Assembly (NCBI GenBank): GCA_937903035.1
Contig: CALCZP010000004.1
Location: forward strand, 84,465 to 148,464
Reading direction: 5' to 3'
DNA length: 64,000 nt
Source: an uncultured bacterium
GTDB lineage: Bacteria > Patescibacteriota > Minisyncoccia > Phycocordibacterales > UBA9973
Shown: one piece after another, positions 1 to 9,390 of the stretch
Layout of the letters: each line of letters opens with the position of its first letter
Numbering within the stretch: the first letter of the stretch is position 1
The notes under the pieces: model-generated
Database searches by the model: none
What the model was told of the DNA's origin: nothing
Seen by the model: the letters and a program-made list of their open reading frames with translations, nothing else
Program-made: the position numbers and the translations under genes

Positions 1-707
1 TCGTCCATCACCTGACGCACATCAAAGCTCGACTTTGGCTGACCGATGATATTTCGGATGAGTGGGTTTGCCGTGAACTGACCGATCTTGTTTTGAATCG
101 CAGCACCTGCTTCTTGCATGTAGCGCTCACCGTACTTGGCAAACTCATCCACCCAGAATGCTTTTACACCTGGATCAGTCACGTTTGCAACCACCTTATC
201 ACGAAATGGCTTGTCCGCAAGCATACGGTTCACACCCAGCAGTGTTGCACCTGGGTACTCAAGGAGCGCAAGCAAGATGTTGTTGAGAATGTACTCCATA
301 CGAGCACTCCATGCATCCACCCAAATCTTCTTGAAGGTCGACATGAGACCGGATGCTACGAAATGGCGACGATCATGACCGACATCTTCGAGGACATTAA
401 ATGACATCGGATTGTCAGTATCAAACGGCGCGAAGTAAATCACATCCTTGATGCGATGATCAGGTACATAGTCGAGCATTTTCTCAGCAAATGAGCCGTG
501 CGGATCAAGCACTGCGAGACCTTCACCGTTTTGAATGTCCTGGATCGCCATGTTCTCAAGCATCGTCGATTTACCGACACCGGATTTACCGATCACATAC
601 ATGTGACGAGTACGATCGCGACTCTTGATGCCAAAGCGTGTGCGTTGATTGCGAAAATCCGTCTCAGCAAAATACGTGATCTTTTCTGGATCGTAGGGAG
701 CACTCAT
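1..707 (-). CDS. VirD4/TraG/HerA-like (DUF87-type) ATPase, 3' end runs off the window
   Basis: Not in the ORF track. Manual translation from ATG at 707 gives MSAPYDPEKITYFAETDFRNQRTRFGIKSRDRTRHMYVIGKSGVGKSTMLENM...VLDPHG, with Walker A GKSGVGKS and a DPHG motif. Confidence 0.8.
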   Translation of the reverse strand, partial: MSAPYDPEKITYFAETDFRNQRTRFGIKSRDRTRHMYVIGKSGVGKSTMLENMAIQDIQNGEGLAVLDPHGSFAEKMLDYVPDHRIKDVIYFAPFDTDNPMSFNVLEDVGHDRRHFVASGLMSTFKKIWVDAWSARMEYILNNILLALLEYPGATLLGVNRMLADKPFRDKVVANVTDPGVKAFWVDEFAKYGERYMQEAGAAIQNKIGQFTANPLIRNIIGQPKSSFDVRQVMD

Positions 708-752
708 ATAGTGATAAGTATAACAGAAAGAACTTACGACTCCATCAAGACA

Positions 753-1271
753 CTACTTCTCCAAATACTTTTGCACCTTTTCTATCTTTGGATCAATGAC
801 AAGTTGGCAGTATGGTGCATCACGGTGATTTTCATAGTAGTTCTGATGATAGTCTTCTGCAGGATAAAATATCACCGCTTCAGCAACCTGTGTAACAACA
901 ACCTTACCTTCACCAAGATGTTCTTGCGCTCGCTGGACCGCGAGATGCGCTTCTATTCGCATTTCCTCGTCGGTATAAAAGATTACTGACCGGTACTGCG
1001 TACCTACATCATTTCCCTGCCTATTAAGTGTTGTCGGGTCATGCGTTGCAAAGAATGCATCAAGTATCATACCGAGAGGTATCACCGTTTCGTCATAGAG
1101 TACTTCAATAACTTCAGCGTGACCTGTGGTACCTGTACAGACAGCCTCGTAAGTTGGATTGGACACGGTGCCACCCATATAGCCAGGCACGACCTCAGCG
1201 ACTCCGCGCAGATTGCGAAAGACTGCCTCCGTACACCAAAAACATCCACCTCCAAGAAATATTTTCTTCAT
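753..1271 (-). CDS. msrA: peptide-methionine (S)-S-oxide reductase
   Basis: GGGCFWCTE motif, GYMGG, HDPTTLNRQGNDVGTQYRS, AEDYHQNYY. Confidence 0.95.
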   Translation of the reverse strand: MKKIFLGGGCFWCTEAVFRNLRGVAEVVPGYMGGTVSNPTYEAVCTGTTGHAEVIEVLYDETVIPLGMILDAFFATHDPTTLNRQGNDVGTQYRSVIFYTDEEMRIEAHLAVQRAQEHLGEGKVVVTQVAEAVIFYPAEDYHQNYYENHRDAPYCQLVIDPKIEKVQKYLEK

Positions 1272-1301
1272 ATATCAATTGTACTCCTCCACCCTAAAAT
1301 G

Positions 1302-1330
1302 CAAACATCCGCTCACTGAGCGGATGTTTG
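1302..1330 (-). terminator. hairpin/terminator downstream of rplE
   Basis: Inverted repeat caaacatccgctca-c-tgagcggatgtttg. Confidence 0.6.
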
Positions 1331-1342
1331 TTGTGTAAAAAA

Positions 1343-1879
1343 TTATTTCTTGAACGGGATGCCGAGATGTTCAAAGAATGCAGTTGCTTCTGCCTTGGTC
1401 TTTGCAGTCGTCACGATAGTGATTGCAAGACCAAAGACATCACGGAGATCTTCGTCAGATGTTTCTGGGAAGATCGTGTGCTCCTTGATACCAATCGTCA
1501 TGTTACCAATAGCATCCACCGCCTTTTTGTCAATACCACGGAAGTCCTTGGTACGAGGAAGTGCAACATGAATGAGCTTGTCGATGAAATGCTGCATGCG
1601 AGCACCACGGAGGGTCACTGCAACACCTACTGGATCTCCTTCACGGATTTTGAAGCTTGCAACTGACTGCTTTGCGGCACGAACAGTCGGACGCTGACCA
1701 GTGATACGAGCGAGACGATCAGCCACCATGTTGCTGGTCTCACGATCTTTCTTCATGCGAGTACCAGTACCAGACGCGATCACGATCTTCTGGAGACGAG
1801 GTGCAGCGAGCTTGCTCTTGTAGACAAATCCCTTGAGTGCAGCTACGGTTTCTTCTTGTTTTTTCTTCGTGAGTTCCAT
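1343..1879 (-). CDS. rplE: 50S ribosomal protein L5
   Basis: ITGQRP, SVASFKIREG, VTLRG, ALPRTKDFRG, EHTIFPE. Confidence 0.95.
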   Translation of the reverse strand: MELTKKKQEETVAALKGFVYKSKLAAPRLQKIVIASGTGTRMKKDRETSNMVADRLARITGQRPTVRAAKQSVASFKIREGDPVGVAVTLRGARMQHFIDKLIHVALPRTKDFRGIDKKAVDAIGNMTIGIKEHTIFPETSDEDLRDVFGLAITIVTTAKTKAEATAFFEHLGIPFKK

Positions 1880-1880
1880 A

Positions 1881-2126
1881 TTATTTTACTCCTTTCTTAG
1901 TTTTCTTTTCATCAGCAAGCTTCACATTTGATGCATGAATTGATGCCTCGACTTCGACGATTGAGCCTTTTTCGCTCTTGTTGCGAGCTTTGACATGGTG
2001 CTTGACCTTGCCTACACCGCCGATGATCACACGCTCTTTTTCACGAAGCACTTTTACAAGCGCACCCTTCTCACCTTTGTGTTTACCAGCGATCACTATT
2101 ACGTTGTCTCCTTTTTTGAGTTTCAT
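1881..2126 (-). CDS. rplX: 50S ribosomal protein L24
   Basis: KKGDNVIVIAGKHKG KOW motif, EASIHASNV; position in spc operon. Confidence 0.95.
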   Translation of the reverse strand: MKLKKGDNVIVIAGKHKGEKGALVKVLREKERVIIGGVGKVKHHVKARNKSEKGSIVEVEASIHASNVKLADEKKTKKGVK

Positions 2127-2134
2127 ATATGTAT

Positions 2135-2506
2135 TTAAATTACTTCAGGGGCAAGTGAGGTGATCTTCTGATAGCCAAGCTCACCGATTTCACGAGGGAT
2201 TGGACCGAATATACGACCAGCCTTTGGCTCTTTCTTACCTTTTTCAAGGATTACGACTGCATTGTCATCAAAGCGAATGTATGAACCATCCTTGCGGCGA
2301 AATGCCTTGGTCTGGCGTACTACTACTGCATAGCAAACATCTTTTTTCTTGATAGCCTTACGAGGTTCTGCAACCTGCACTGAGAGCACTACAGTGTCAC
2401 CGATAGCTGCATAGCGCTTGCGTGAACCGCCGAGCACTTTGAAGACTTTACCGATTTTACCGCCGGCATTGTCTGTGATTTTAACGATTGATCCTGGTTG
2501 CAACAT
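2135..2506 (-). CDS. rplN: 50S ribosomal protein L14
   Basis: DNAG, RRKDGSYIRFDDNAVV, RIFGPIPRE, SLAPEV. Confidence 0.95.
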   Translation of the reverse strand: MLQPGSIVKITDNAGGKIGKVFKVLGGSRKRYAAIGDTVVLSVQVAEPRKAIKKKDVCYAVVVRQTKAFRRKDGSYIRFDDNAVVILEKGKKEPKAGRIFGPIPREIGELGYQKITSLAPEVI

Positions 2507-2510
2507 AGTA

Positions 2511-2753
2511 TTATTTTACGATGGTAAAGCGCTTGTCTTTTGACAATGGACGCACTTCCTTAATAGACACACTAGCGCCGACGACCGCAGCATTGTCCTC
2601 ATCATGAGCCTTGAACTTCTTGGTGATTTTCAAGAACTTCTTGTATTTTGGGTGCTTCACGAATCGGGTAACCGAAACAACCGCAGTCTTTTCCATTTTG
2701 TTGGAAGTGACGACGCCTTTGAGTATTTTGCTGTTGGTTGTTTCGGTTGTCAT
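2511..2753 (-). CDS. rpsQ: 30S ribosomal protein S17 (start moved to MTTETT)
   Basis: GVVTSNKMEKT, HPKYKK, KAHDE, RPLSKDKRF. Confidence 0.93.
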   Translation of the reverse strand: MTTETTNSKILKGVVTSNKMEKTAVVSVTRFVKHPKYKKFLKITKKFKAHDEDNAAVVGASVSIKEVRPLSKDKRFTIVK

Positions 2754-2784
2754 AATAGTTGTAGGTTTCTTATAGTACTTATTT

Positions 2785-2976
2785 TTACGCATTTGTCGAG
2801 CGGGCTGCGTTTTGCGCAGTGAGTGCACGAGCGATGTTCTTGCGAGTCTCGCTGTATGCCTTGCCGATCTTGCCTGATACGCCTTTGACGGTCATCGCGT
2901 GAAGTGATGCACGAAGAGTTGCGATCTCGGTCGCGAGCTCAGCAGGAGTTTTGGTTGTGTAGGTAGTCTTTTTCAT
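2785..2976 (-). CDS. rpmC: 50S ribosomal protein L29 (divergent)
   Basis: C-terminal RKNIARALT; lies between rplP and rpsQ. Confidence 0.85.
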   Translation of the reverse strand: MKKTTYTTKTPAELATEIATLRASLHAMTVKGVSGKIGKAYSETRKNIARALTAQNAARSTNA

Positions 2977-2980
2977 AGGA

Positions 2981-3397
2981 TTATACTCGTTCAACAAAGC
3001 GGGTCTTTACTGGGAGCTTGGTACCAGCCTTGCGAAGTGCTTCGCGCGCAACAGCAGCATCAACACCATCTACTTCAAAGAGAATGCGGCCTGGCAATAC
3101 TTCGATCGTGTAGCCCTGGAGCTCACCCTTACCCTTACCCATCGGCTGCTCTGCAGCTTTCTCGGTAAATGGACGATCAGGAAACACACGGATCCACATG
3201 CGGCCAACCTTGGTGAGGTGACGTGATGCTGCTTTACGAGCTGCTTCGAGCTGATTTGAAGTGAGACGACCAAGGCTTTCAACCTTGAGACCGTATGAGC
3301 CGAATGATACTTGGGTACCACGAGTCTCAACACGGTCACTCATGTCGGTACGCTTCTTCTGCCACTTTCTGAATTTTACTTTCTTTGGGAATAACAT
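2981..3397 (-). CDS. rplP: 50S ribosomal protein L16 (start at MLFPKK)
   Basis: QLEAAR, WIRVFPDRP, MGKGKG, GRILFE, KLPVKT. Confidence 0.95.
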   Translation of the reverse strand: MLFPKKVKFRKWQKKRTDMSDRVETRGTQVSFGSYGLKVESLGRLTSNQLEAARKAASRHLTKVGRMWIRVFPDRPFTEKAAEQPMGKGKGELQGYTIEVLPGRILFEVDGVDAAVAREALRKAGTKLPVKTRFVERV

Positions 3398-3401
3398 AAG
3401 C

Positions 3402-4070
3402 CTATTTCTTTGCGTCCTTATTAAAGACCTGACCCTTGTAGATCCATACCTTGATACCGATATCACCGTATGGCATGTGTGCACGCTCACGAGCATAGTC
3501 GATGTCAGCACGGATAGTCTGAAGCGGGATTGAACCACGCTTGATCACTTCTGAACGAGAGATTTCAGCACCACCGAGACGGCCACCAACATAGAATTTT
3601 GCACCTTGGATACCACGAACAGTCATAACCTTTTCGACGAGCTGCTTCATGATACGACGGTATGGCATACGCTTTTCGAGACCTTCAGCAATCATGAACG
3701 CAACAATCTTTGCGTCAGCTTCTGGATTTGCAACTTCAACGATTTCGAGCTTGATATCATCGTTTACCGCAAGCTTTGCACGCTTGAGCTGCTTCATGAG
3801 ATCAGTCTTGAGCTTCGTGATACCTTCACCACTGCGACCAATGATCATACCTGGACGTGAGGTACGGATGATGATGCGAACAGCCTTCTGGCTGCGCTCG
3901 ATCTCAACACTTGATACATAGTATCCACGGAGACGCTTTTCGAGGTATTCACGTACGGTTACATCAACCTTGAGGTTGTCGACAAATGCATTGTCAGTAG
4001 CAAACCAGCGTGATTTCCAATCACGGAGGGTTACGAGGCGATGTGCGTATGGATGGACTACTTTAGACAT
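3402..4070 (-). CDS. rpsC: 30S ribosomal protein S3
   Basis: SRWFA, RPGMIIGRSG (KH domain), GRLGGAEISRSE, PLQTIRADIDY, GIKVWI. Confidence 0.96.
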   Translation of the reverse strand: MSKVVHPYAHRLVTLRDWKSRWFATDNAFVDNLKVDVTVREYLEKRLRGYYVSSVEIERSQKAVRIIIRTSRPGMIIGRSGEGITKLKTDLMKQLKRAKLAVNDDIKLEIVEVANPEADAKIVAFMIAEGLEKRMPYRRIMKQLVEKVMTVRGIQGAKFYVGGRLGGAEISRSEVIKRGSIPLQTIRADIDYARERAHMPYGDIGIKVWIYKGQVFNKDAKK

Positions 4071-4073
4071 ACA

Positions 4074-4442
4074 TTATTTTGATACTTTTTTACTAACTGG
4101 CTTCTTTGCGGCCTTTGGTGCTGCTTCAGCAAGGGTGACCGTCACATGACTCGTACGCTTGTTGATTGGAGCTCCACGACCCATAGCACGAGGCATCATA
4201 CGCTTGAGCACGATTCCCTTGTTTACTTCGACATTCTTGACCACAAGCTTTGACGCATCAGCACCGAGCACAACAGCGTTTGCAGCTGCACTCTGAATGA
4301 GTTTTTGCATTGGCTCCGCACCACGCTTTGCCATGAATGAAAGCGCTGTATCAGCAGCCTGGAGTGACTTGCCCTTTACTGCACCTGCGATGAGGCGAAC
4401 TTTACGAGGACTCTGACGATAGTTGGTAAGTGATGCTTTCAT
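4074..4442 (-). CDS. rplV: 50S ribosomal protein L22
   Basis: RQSPRKVRL, SAAANA, PRAMGR, KRTSHVTV. Confidence 0.95.
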   Translation of the reverse strand: MKASLTNYRQSPRKVRLIAGAVKGKSLQAADTALSFMAKRGAEPMQKLIQSAAANAVVLGADASKLVVKNVEVNKGIVLKRMMPRAMGRGAPINKRTSHVTVTLAEAAPKAAKKPVSKKVSK

Positions 4443-4460
4443 AAAATGAGGCTTAAGATA

Positions 4461-4805
4461 TTATTTCTTTTTGGTGTCACTAGTAGACTTTGCTGCTTTT
4501 GCTGCAGAAATTTCGGCTTCTTTTTTCTTCTGGTCGATGTCCTTTTGCATCTTACCACCATGGCGAGTGAATTTACGAGTTGGAGAGAATTCACCCAATC
4601 GATGACCTACCATGTCCTCGGTAACGAGCACTTCGATGTGCTGCTTGCCGTTGTGCACTCCAAAGGTAAATCCAACCATTTCTGGTGCGATTTGGCTGTC
4701 ACGTGACCATGTCTTGATAACCCCTGCTGAGAGAGGCTGTTTTCCTTCAATTTTCTTGAGGAGTTTTGGGTCAACGTATGGACCTTTAGAGAGTGATCGA
4801 GTCAT
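4461..4805 (-). CDS. rpsS: 30S ribosomal protein S19
   Basis: [33 protein letters not shown]. Confidence 0.96.
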   Translation of the reverse strand: MTRSLSKGPYVDPKLLKKIEGKQPLSAGVIKTWSRDSQIAPEMVGFTFGVHNGKQHIEVLVTEDMVGHRLGEFSPTRKFTRHGGKMQKDIDQKKKEAEISAAKAAKSTSDTKKK

Positions 4806-4841
4806 AACTAGAATAAAAAATGCCCGTTTTGAGCTCCGAGT

Positions 4842-4869
4842 ATCTTAGCAAATTACAGCGCAATGTCAA
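4842..4869 (-). promoter_or_regulatory. sigma70-type promoter for the rpsS-rplE block
   Basis: Minus strand TTGACA-16 nt (ending TGC)-TAAGAT. Confidence 0.55.
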
Positions 4870-4884
4870 ATAAGATAATGACGA

Positions 4885-4989
4885 TTCGGAAATAGGGAGT
4901 AAAAAATGACTTACACAGGCCGACTGGGCCGAGTACAGCAATTTGCCAGCAGGCAAATATGCGTTCATTTTTTACTCCCTATTTCCGAA
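4885..4989. repeat. 105-bp element with perfect 25-bp terminal inverted repeats (MITE-like or structured RNA)
   Basis: ttcggaaatagggagtaaaaaatga (4885-4909) and its exact reverse complement (4965-4989), with two small internal hairpins. Confidence 0.75.
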
Positions 4990-4997
4990 AGGAATGA

Positions 4998-5396
4998 TTA
5001 TTTGCCAAGTAAAATAAGGATTTTTGGGAGAAAAATGACCAATCCCACTGCAACAGCTCCGATCACCGTCAGTAGTACCGCTCCAGCGGCCACATCCTTG
5101 GTGTCACGGGCATAAGGATGGAAGTCTGGACTCGTGAGGTCAATATCAATCTCAATCGCCGTATTGAAGCCCTCAGCGACGAGTACACTGGTAATAGCAA
5201 GAATGAGCAATCCCCACTCGGCCTCATTGATATTGAGGTAAAAGCCAAGCCCGATTGCAACGACTGTCGCAAGTCCATGCACCCATGCATTGTGCTGCGT
5301 TTTAAATATGACACTAATCCCCCGTATCGCATGTTTGAAACTTTGTGCTCGAGCAATGATTGAAAAGCGCTTTTTTTCTGAGAGTTTTGGTTGCAT
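4998..5396 (-). CDS. dgkA: prokaryotic diacylglycerol/undecaprenol kinase family protein
   Basis: SFKHAIRGI, QHNAWVH, EGFNTAIE, KDVAAGAV; three hydrophobic segments. Confidence 0.88.
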   Translation of the reverse strand: MQPKLSEKKRFSIIARAQSFKHAIRGISVIFKTQHNAWVHGLATVVAIGLGFYLNINEAEWGLLILAITSVLVAEGFNTAIEIDIDLTSPDFHPYARDTKDVAAGAVLLTVIGAVAVGLVIFLPKILILLGK

Positions 5397-5427
5397 AGAG
5401 AAAGTATAGCAAACAAAAATCCCGCCT

Positions 5428-5928
5428 TTATAAAAGACGGGGGCATGTTACTAACTGTTTGTACACTCTATCTTTCGTTCCATATGGCAGGTGCCATACA
5501 AAAGAAAATTGGAGTTGTCGTTTCATTTTGCGATGGTCAAGCATATAGAGCTCAACACTCCATTGTTTTTTCATATGATGATACCAACCATATCCATAGG
5601 TCATATAATTCTCATGAGTTGTACCGATTGCTTTGTAATATAAACCAACAGCAGGACCAGTGAACAATTCAGTATTATCGTTATCAGACCACCCTATCAG
5701 ATACTGAAAACCTGAATATGATGGAAAACCCCCATCAATACCAAACCGTTGATCAATAGAAGCCAAGTGGGTGAGATATTCACCCCACCGATACCCAATG
5801 CTTCCTGTTACGACACCACGAGCAGAGTCTTGTCTAAGATTTATTCCTCCACTTACTCGAATGACTATTTGCGAATGGGTACTAGTAGTACATACAAAAA
5901 AAGATATAAAGAACAATGACTTTTTCAT
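5428..5928 (-). CDS. hypothetical secreted protein, aromatic- and glycine-rich
   Basis: Open frame; likely start MKKSLFFISFFVC (signal-peptide-like); AT-rich. Confidence 0.55.
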   Translation of the reverse strand: MKKSLFFISFFVCTTSTHSQIVIRVSGGINLRQDSARGVVTGSIGYRWGEYLTHLASIDQRFGIDGGFPSYSGFQYLIGWSDNDNTELFTGPAVGLYYKAIGTTHENYMTYGYGWYHHMKKQWSVELYMLDHRKMKRQLQFSFVWHLPYGTKDRVYKQLVTCPRLL

Positions 5929-6047
5929 AGATTGTTTTTCTTTTACATTACATTTATTTTTTGTTTTGTCAATAGTATATACCTCCCTCTCATACAAACA
6001 AAAACCGCTCATCTGAGCGATTTTTGTAGAGTAAAAAAGTGAGGAGA

Positions 6048-6887
6048 TTATCTCTTGCCGGTCTTGCGTCGGGTGACAACAAGGTGGTTTGAGTATTTCT
6101 TTGGCGTACGAGTGCGCACACCGTATGCCTGCTTACCGTGACGGGTCTTTGGACCACGTCGGAGACCAATACCCTGCACACCTTCACCACCACCGTGTGG
6201 GTGGTCCACAGGGTTCATCGCAGTACCTCGGACGGTAGGACGAATACCTTTCCAACGTGAGCGACCAGCCTTACCGTATTTCACGAGCTTGTTCTCTTCG
6301 TTTGACACTTCACCGATCGAAGCCCATGCAGTATCGATCACCTTGCGGATCTCGGTTGAAGGAAGCTTGATCTGTGCATAACCATCGTTTTGCGCGATGA
6401 CCTGTGCAAAGCTTCCAGCTGAACGAACAATCTTTGCACCACTACCGAGCTTGAGCTCGATGTTGTAGATGTACGTACCTGCAGGAATGTTCTTGAGCGG
6501 GAGACGGTTACCAGTTTCGATCGGTGCGTTCTCAGACACGATGAATGAGTGGCCAACCTTCACTGACTTTGGCACGAGCACATAGCGCTTTTCACCATCA
6601 GCATAGACTGCAACACCCACGAAGCCTGAACGGTTTGGATCGTATTCGATCGTTGAAATAGTCGCTTTGATGTCTTTCTTGTCATAGAAAAAGTCCACAT
6701 CACGGTAGAGACGCTTGTTACCACCACCTTTGTGCGCAGTTGTAATGCGACCCATGTTGTTGCGGCCGACTGAACGCTTCTGACCCTTAGTGAGAGATTT
6801 GGTAGGCTTGTCACCAGAAAGGAGCTTGCGATAGTCAATCGTAATCGTGTTTCGGTTTGATTTGGTTGTCGGTTTGTAGGTCTTCAT
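6048..6887 (-). CDS. rplB: 50S ribosomal protein L2
   Basis: GRNNMGRIT, IEYDPNRS, GKAGRSRW, MNPVDHPHGGGEG. Confidence 0.97.
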   Translation of the reverse strand: MKTYKPTTKSNRNTITIDYRKLLSGDKPTKSLTKGQKRSVGRNNMGRITTAHKGGGNKRLYRDVDFFYDKKDIKATISTIEYDPNRSGFVGVAVYADGEKRYVLVPKSVKVGHSFIVSENAPIETGNRLPLKNIPAGTYIYNIELKLGSGAKIVRSAGSFAQVIAQNDGYAQIKLPSTEIRKVIDTAWASIGEVSNEENKLVKYGKAGRSRWKGIRPTVRGTAMNPVDHPHGGGEGVQGIGLRRGPKTRHGKQAYGVRTRTPKKYSNHLVVTRRKTGKR

Positions 6888-6891
6888 AGAT

Positions 6892-7203
6892 TTACATTAC
6901 TTGGATAGTAGTACCCTTTGGAAGGTATACGTACGCCTTCTTGGTCTTCTTGCCGAAGCCCAAACGTCCTCGACGAAAGAGTGCAGGAGCGATAACGTTG
7001 ACGGTGTTTACCTTGAGTGGACGTACCTTGTAGGTGAGTTCAAATGCCTTTGCGATCTCGTTCTTGGTAGCACCTGGCGTGACATCAAAGAGATACACAT
7101 TGTGCACACTTGCGTCAGCAGCCTTTTCGGTGATGCGAGGATTGCGAAGAACGGTGAGGTCAGCTTGTTTTGCAGTATTAGTTTTTGAAGTGTTGGTAGC
7201 CAT
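6892..7203 (-). CDS. rplW: 50S ribosomal protein L23
   Basis: PRITEKA, ATKNEI, KVNTVN, KKAYVYL. Confidence 0.93.
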   Translation of the reverse strand: MATNTSKTNTAKQADLTVLRNPRITEKAADASVHNVYLFDVTPGATKNEIAKAFELTYKVRPLKVNTVNVIAPALFRRGRLGFGKKTKKAYVYLPKGTTIQVM

Positions 7204-7208
7204 ATGAT

Positions 7209-7934
7209 TTATTTCATTTTCTGCTCAAGTGACGCAATGATTGCCTCAGGACTTACAATCACGAGATGTTTGAATGTTGCTGCTGAGAGCGTGTTCAACC
7301 CATCAAGCATTGATACCGTCACACCTGGAATATTGTTAAAGCTCTTTGCGGTAGCATCGTCAGTCTCAGGAACGATCACGAGTGTACCAGTAGCTTTCTT
7401 GGTAGTCATCTTTGCGAAGCCATCGATCTTTGCAAGGTTTGCAACAACTGCTGCAGCACCCTTGGTCTTGATTTCAGGAAGTGCAAGTGAGTCAACAAAG
7501 AGCATTTCACCGTCAGCAAATTTCTTTGAGAGAACAGTAAAGAGTGCCTTTGCGCGCTGCTTCTTGTTGATCTTCTTTGAGTAGTCCTTATCAGAACGTG
7601 GTCCAAAGGTAACACCTCCACCAACCCAGATTGGGCTACGAGATGAACCGTGACGAGCGCGACCAGTTCCCTTTTGCTTCCATGGCTTTTTACCACCACC
7701 AGAAACTTCAGATCGGTCCTTAGTGTGCGCAGTACCTGCACGCTTGTTGGCCATCATTGAGACAGCAACCTGGTGCACGAGGTCAGCATTCCATGCGAGA
7801 CCAAAGATCTTTTCTGGAAGGGTGATCGTAGACGCCTTGGTTCCCTTTTGTGAGTACACGATTGCATCAAGTGATACAGCCGCTGCAACTGCTTTCTTTG
7901 AAACCTTTTTTGTTGTAGGAGTTTTTGTAGTCAT
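7209..7934 (-). CDS. rplD: 50S ribosomal protein L4 (start at MTTKT)
   Basis: TKDRSEVSGGGKKPWKQKGTGRARHGSSRSPIWVGGG. Confidence 0.96.
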   Translation of the reverse strand: MTTKTPTTKKVSKKAVAAAVSLDAIVYSQKGTKASTITLPEKIFGLAWNADLVHQVAVSMMANKRAGTAHTKDRSEVSGGGKKPWKQKGTGRARHGSSRSPIWVGGGVTFGPRSDKDYSKKINKKQRAKALFTVLSKKFADGEMLFVDSLALPEIKTKGAAAVVANLAKIDGFAKMTTKKATGTLVIVPETDDATAKSFNNIPGVTVSMLDGLNTLSAATFKHLVIVSPEAIIASLEQKMK

Positions 7935-7944
7935 AAAAATATTC

Positions 7945-8559
7945 TTAGCCAACGATGCTAATAAGGGTGCCGCGTCGACCTGGAACTGCGCCACTAATAT
8001 AGATCTTGTTCTCCACTTCGTCTACTGCAACGACTTTGAGACCGCGAGTAGTGACTGTGTCACCACCAGTGCGTCCCGCCATGCGCATACCTTTGACCAC
8101 GCGGCCACCGGCACGTCCTGGACCACCACCGATTGAACCTGCTTCACGCTCAGAGTGTTTCTGACCGTGTGAACGAGGACCACCGTGGAAGCCATGACGT
8201 TTGACCACACCCTGGAAGCCTTTTGACTTTGAGGTACCTGACACAATGACTTCGTCGCCTGCAGCAAATGAGCCAACAGTCACCACTTCGCCAACAGCTG
8301 GTGTAGAGTCATCAGTGAGCTTGAACTCACGGATTTCCTGGTATGCTACGCCGCCTGCTGCGCCGAGTTCAGCCTTGGTCACGCGAGATTCCTTTTGTGT
8401 ACCGAAGCCAACCTGTACCGCCTTGTAGCCGTCAGTAGCCATAGTCTTGATCTGAGTAATCGTATTTGGTGTCGCCTCTACAATAGTAACAGGCGTCACG
8501 CGACCGCTCTCGTCAAAGAGTTGGGTCATATGCACTTTTCTTCCGAGGATAAATTTCAT
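7945..8559 (-). CDS. rplC: 50S ribosomal protein L3
   Basis: MTQLF, DGYKAVQ, KGFQGVVKRHGF, SHG, GAVPG. Confidence 0.96.
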   Translation of the reverse strand: MKFILGRKVHMTQLFDESGRVTPVTIVEATPNTITQIKTMATDGYKAVQVGFGTQKESRVTKAELGAAGGVAYQEIREFKLTDDSTPAVGEVVTVGSFAAGDEVIVSGTSKSKGFQGVVKRHGFHGGPRSHGQKHSEREAGSIGGGPGRAGGRVVKGMRMAGRTGGDTVTTRGLKVVAVDEVENKIYISGAVPGRRGTLISIVG

Positions 8560-8647
8560 AGATGTTCTTGCCCTGTCCGCCTACTGCTAAATGAGGCTGG
8601 AGTTAACGGGTATTGGACCATTTAAAGGATTATTTAAATGTCCCGAG

Positions 8648-8675
8648 ATTATACACGGGTTTGGAAAATGTGCAA
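8648..8675 (-). promoter_or_regulatory. sigma70-type promoter for the rplC-rplB block
   Basis: Minus strand TTGCAC-16 nt-TATAAT about 90 nt upstream of rplC. Confidence 0.5.
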
Positions 8676-8745
8676 GTGAGGTCTCATTTACAAAGATATA
8701 ACAGAGAATATACTTACGGCATATTAAATAATTGTAGATAAATAT

Positions 8746-9000
8746 ATGGGTTTTGAGAATTTTCCAAGTAATAATAGTGAAAAGATCGCGCAGATAACTT
8801 CAGAAGAAGTTTCTAAATATCTTAATATGCCAGTGGATAATGCTGAGCTTCAAGCATGGATGCAAGAAAAAGGAATAGATTTTGACAAGGGTGTTATTGA
8901 AATCGAAGTAGATGGAGAAAAAGCAGAAATGCAAACAGACAAAGAAGATTTTGGTACATTCAAATTAAAAAATAATAACGAGATAATTTCATCATCTTAG
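8746..9000 (+). CDS. hypothetical acidic protein inserted between rpsJ and rplC
   Basis: 84-aa AT-rich ORF on the opposite strand, followed by a bidirectional hairpin. Confidence 0.65.
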   Translation: MGFENFPSNNSEKIAQITSEEVSKYLNMPVDNAELQAWMQEKGIDFDKGVIEIEVDGEKAEMQTDKEDFGTFKLKNNNEIISSS

Positions 9001-9055
9001 TAAATCACATACAGAAAAAGCCCCCGATCGGGGGCTTTTTCTGTATGTGATTTAC
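9000..9055. terminator. bidirectional terminator (56-bp perfect palindrome)
   Basis: gtaaatcacatacagaaaaagcccccga|tcgggggctttttctgtatgtgatttac between convergent stop codons. Confidence 0.8.
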
Positions 9056-9390
9056 ATCATCTTAACGTCGATATCGACACCAGATGGCATTGAGAGGTTC
9101 GTGAGGGCCTCGATAACCTTTGGTGATGGATTCTCGATGTCGATGAGGCGCTTGTGCACTCTCATCTCAAACTGTTCACGTGAGTTCTTGTAGATGAACG
9201 GTGAACGGTTGACGGTGTATTTCTTGATCTCAGTTGGAAGTGGGATTGGACCACGGACAGCGGCATCATGTCTGATGGCGGTGTCGATGATCTGCTTCAC
9301 ACTCGCGTCCAAGATCTTGTTTTCGTAAGCGCGTACTCGAATGCGAAGCATTGATTGTACGTCGTCTTTCTTGGTTGTTTTTGTTGCCAT
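9052..9390 (-). CDS. rpsJ: 30S ribosomal protein S10
   Basis: RIRVRAY, GPIPLPT, RSPF, SREQFEMRVHKRLIDI. Confidence 0.96.
   Translation of the reverse strand: MATKTTKKDDVQSMLRIRVRAYENKILDASVKQIIDTAIRHDAAVRGPIPLPTEIKKYTVNRSPFIYKNSREQFEMRVHKRLIDIENPSPKVIEALTNLSMPSGVDIDVKMM

Noticed and set aside
93-989. Plus-strand ORFs 93-404, 136-378 and 498-989, and the many similar antisense or nested ORFs across the window
   Set aside because: Shadows of well-supported genes on the opposite strand or frame (here the minus-strand ATPase and msrA); no motifs of their own
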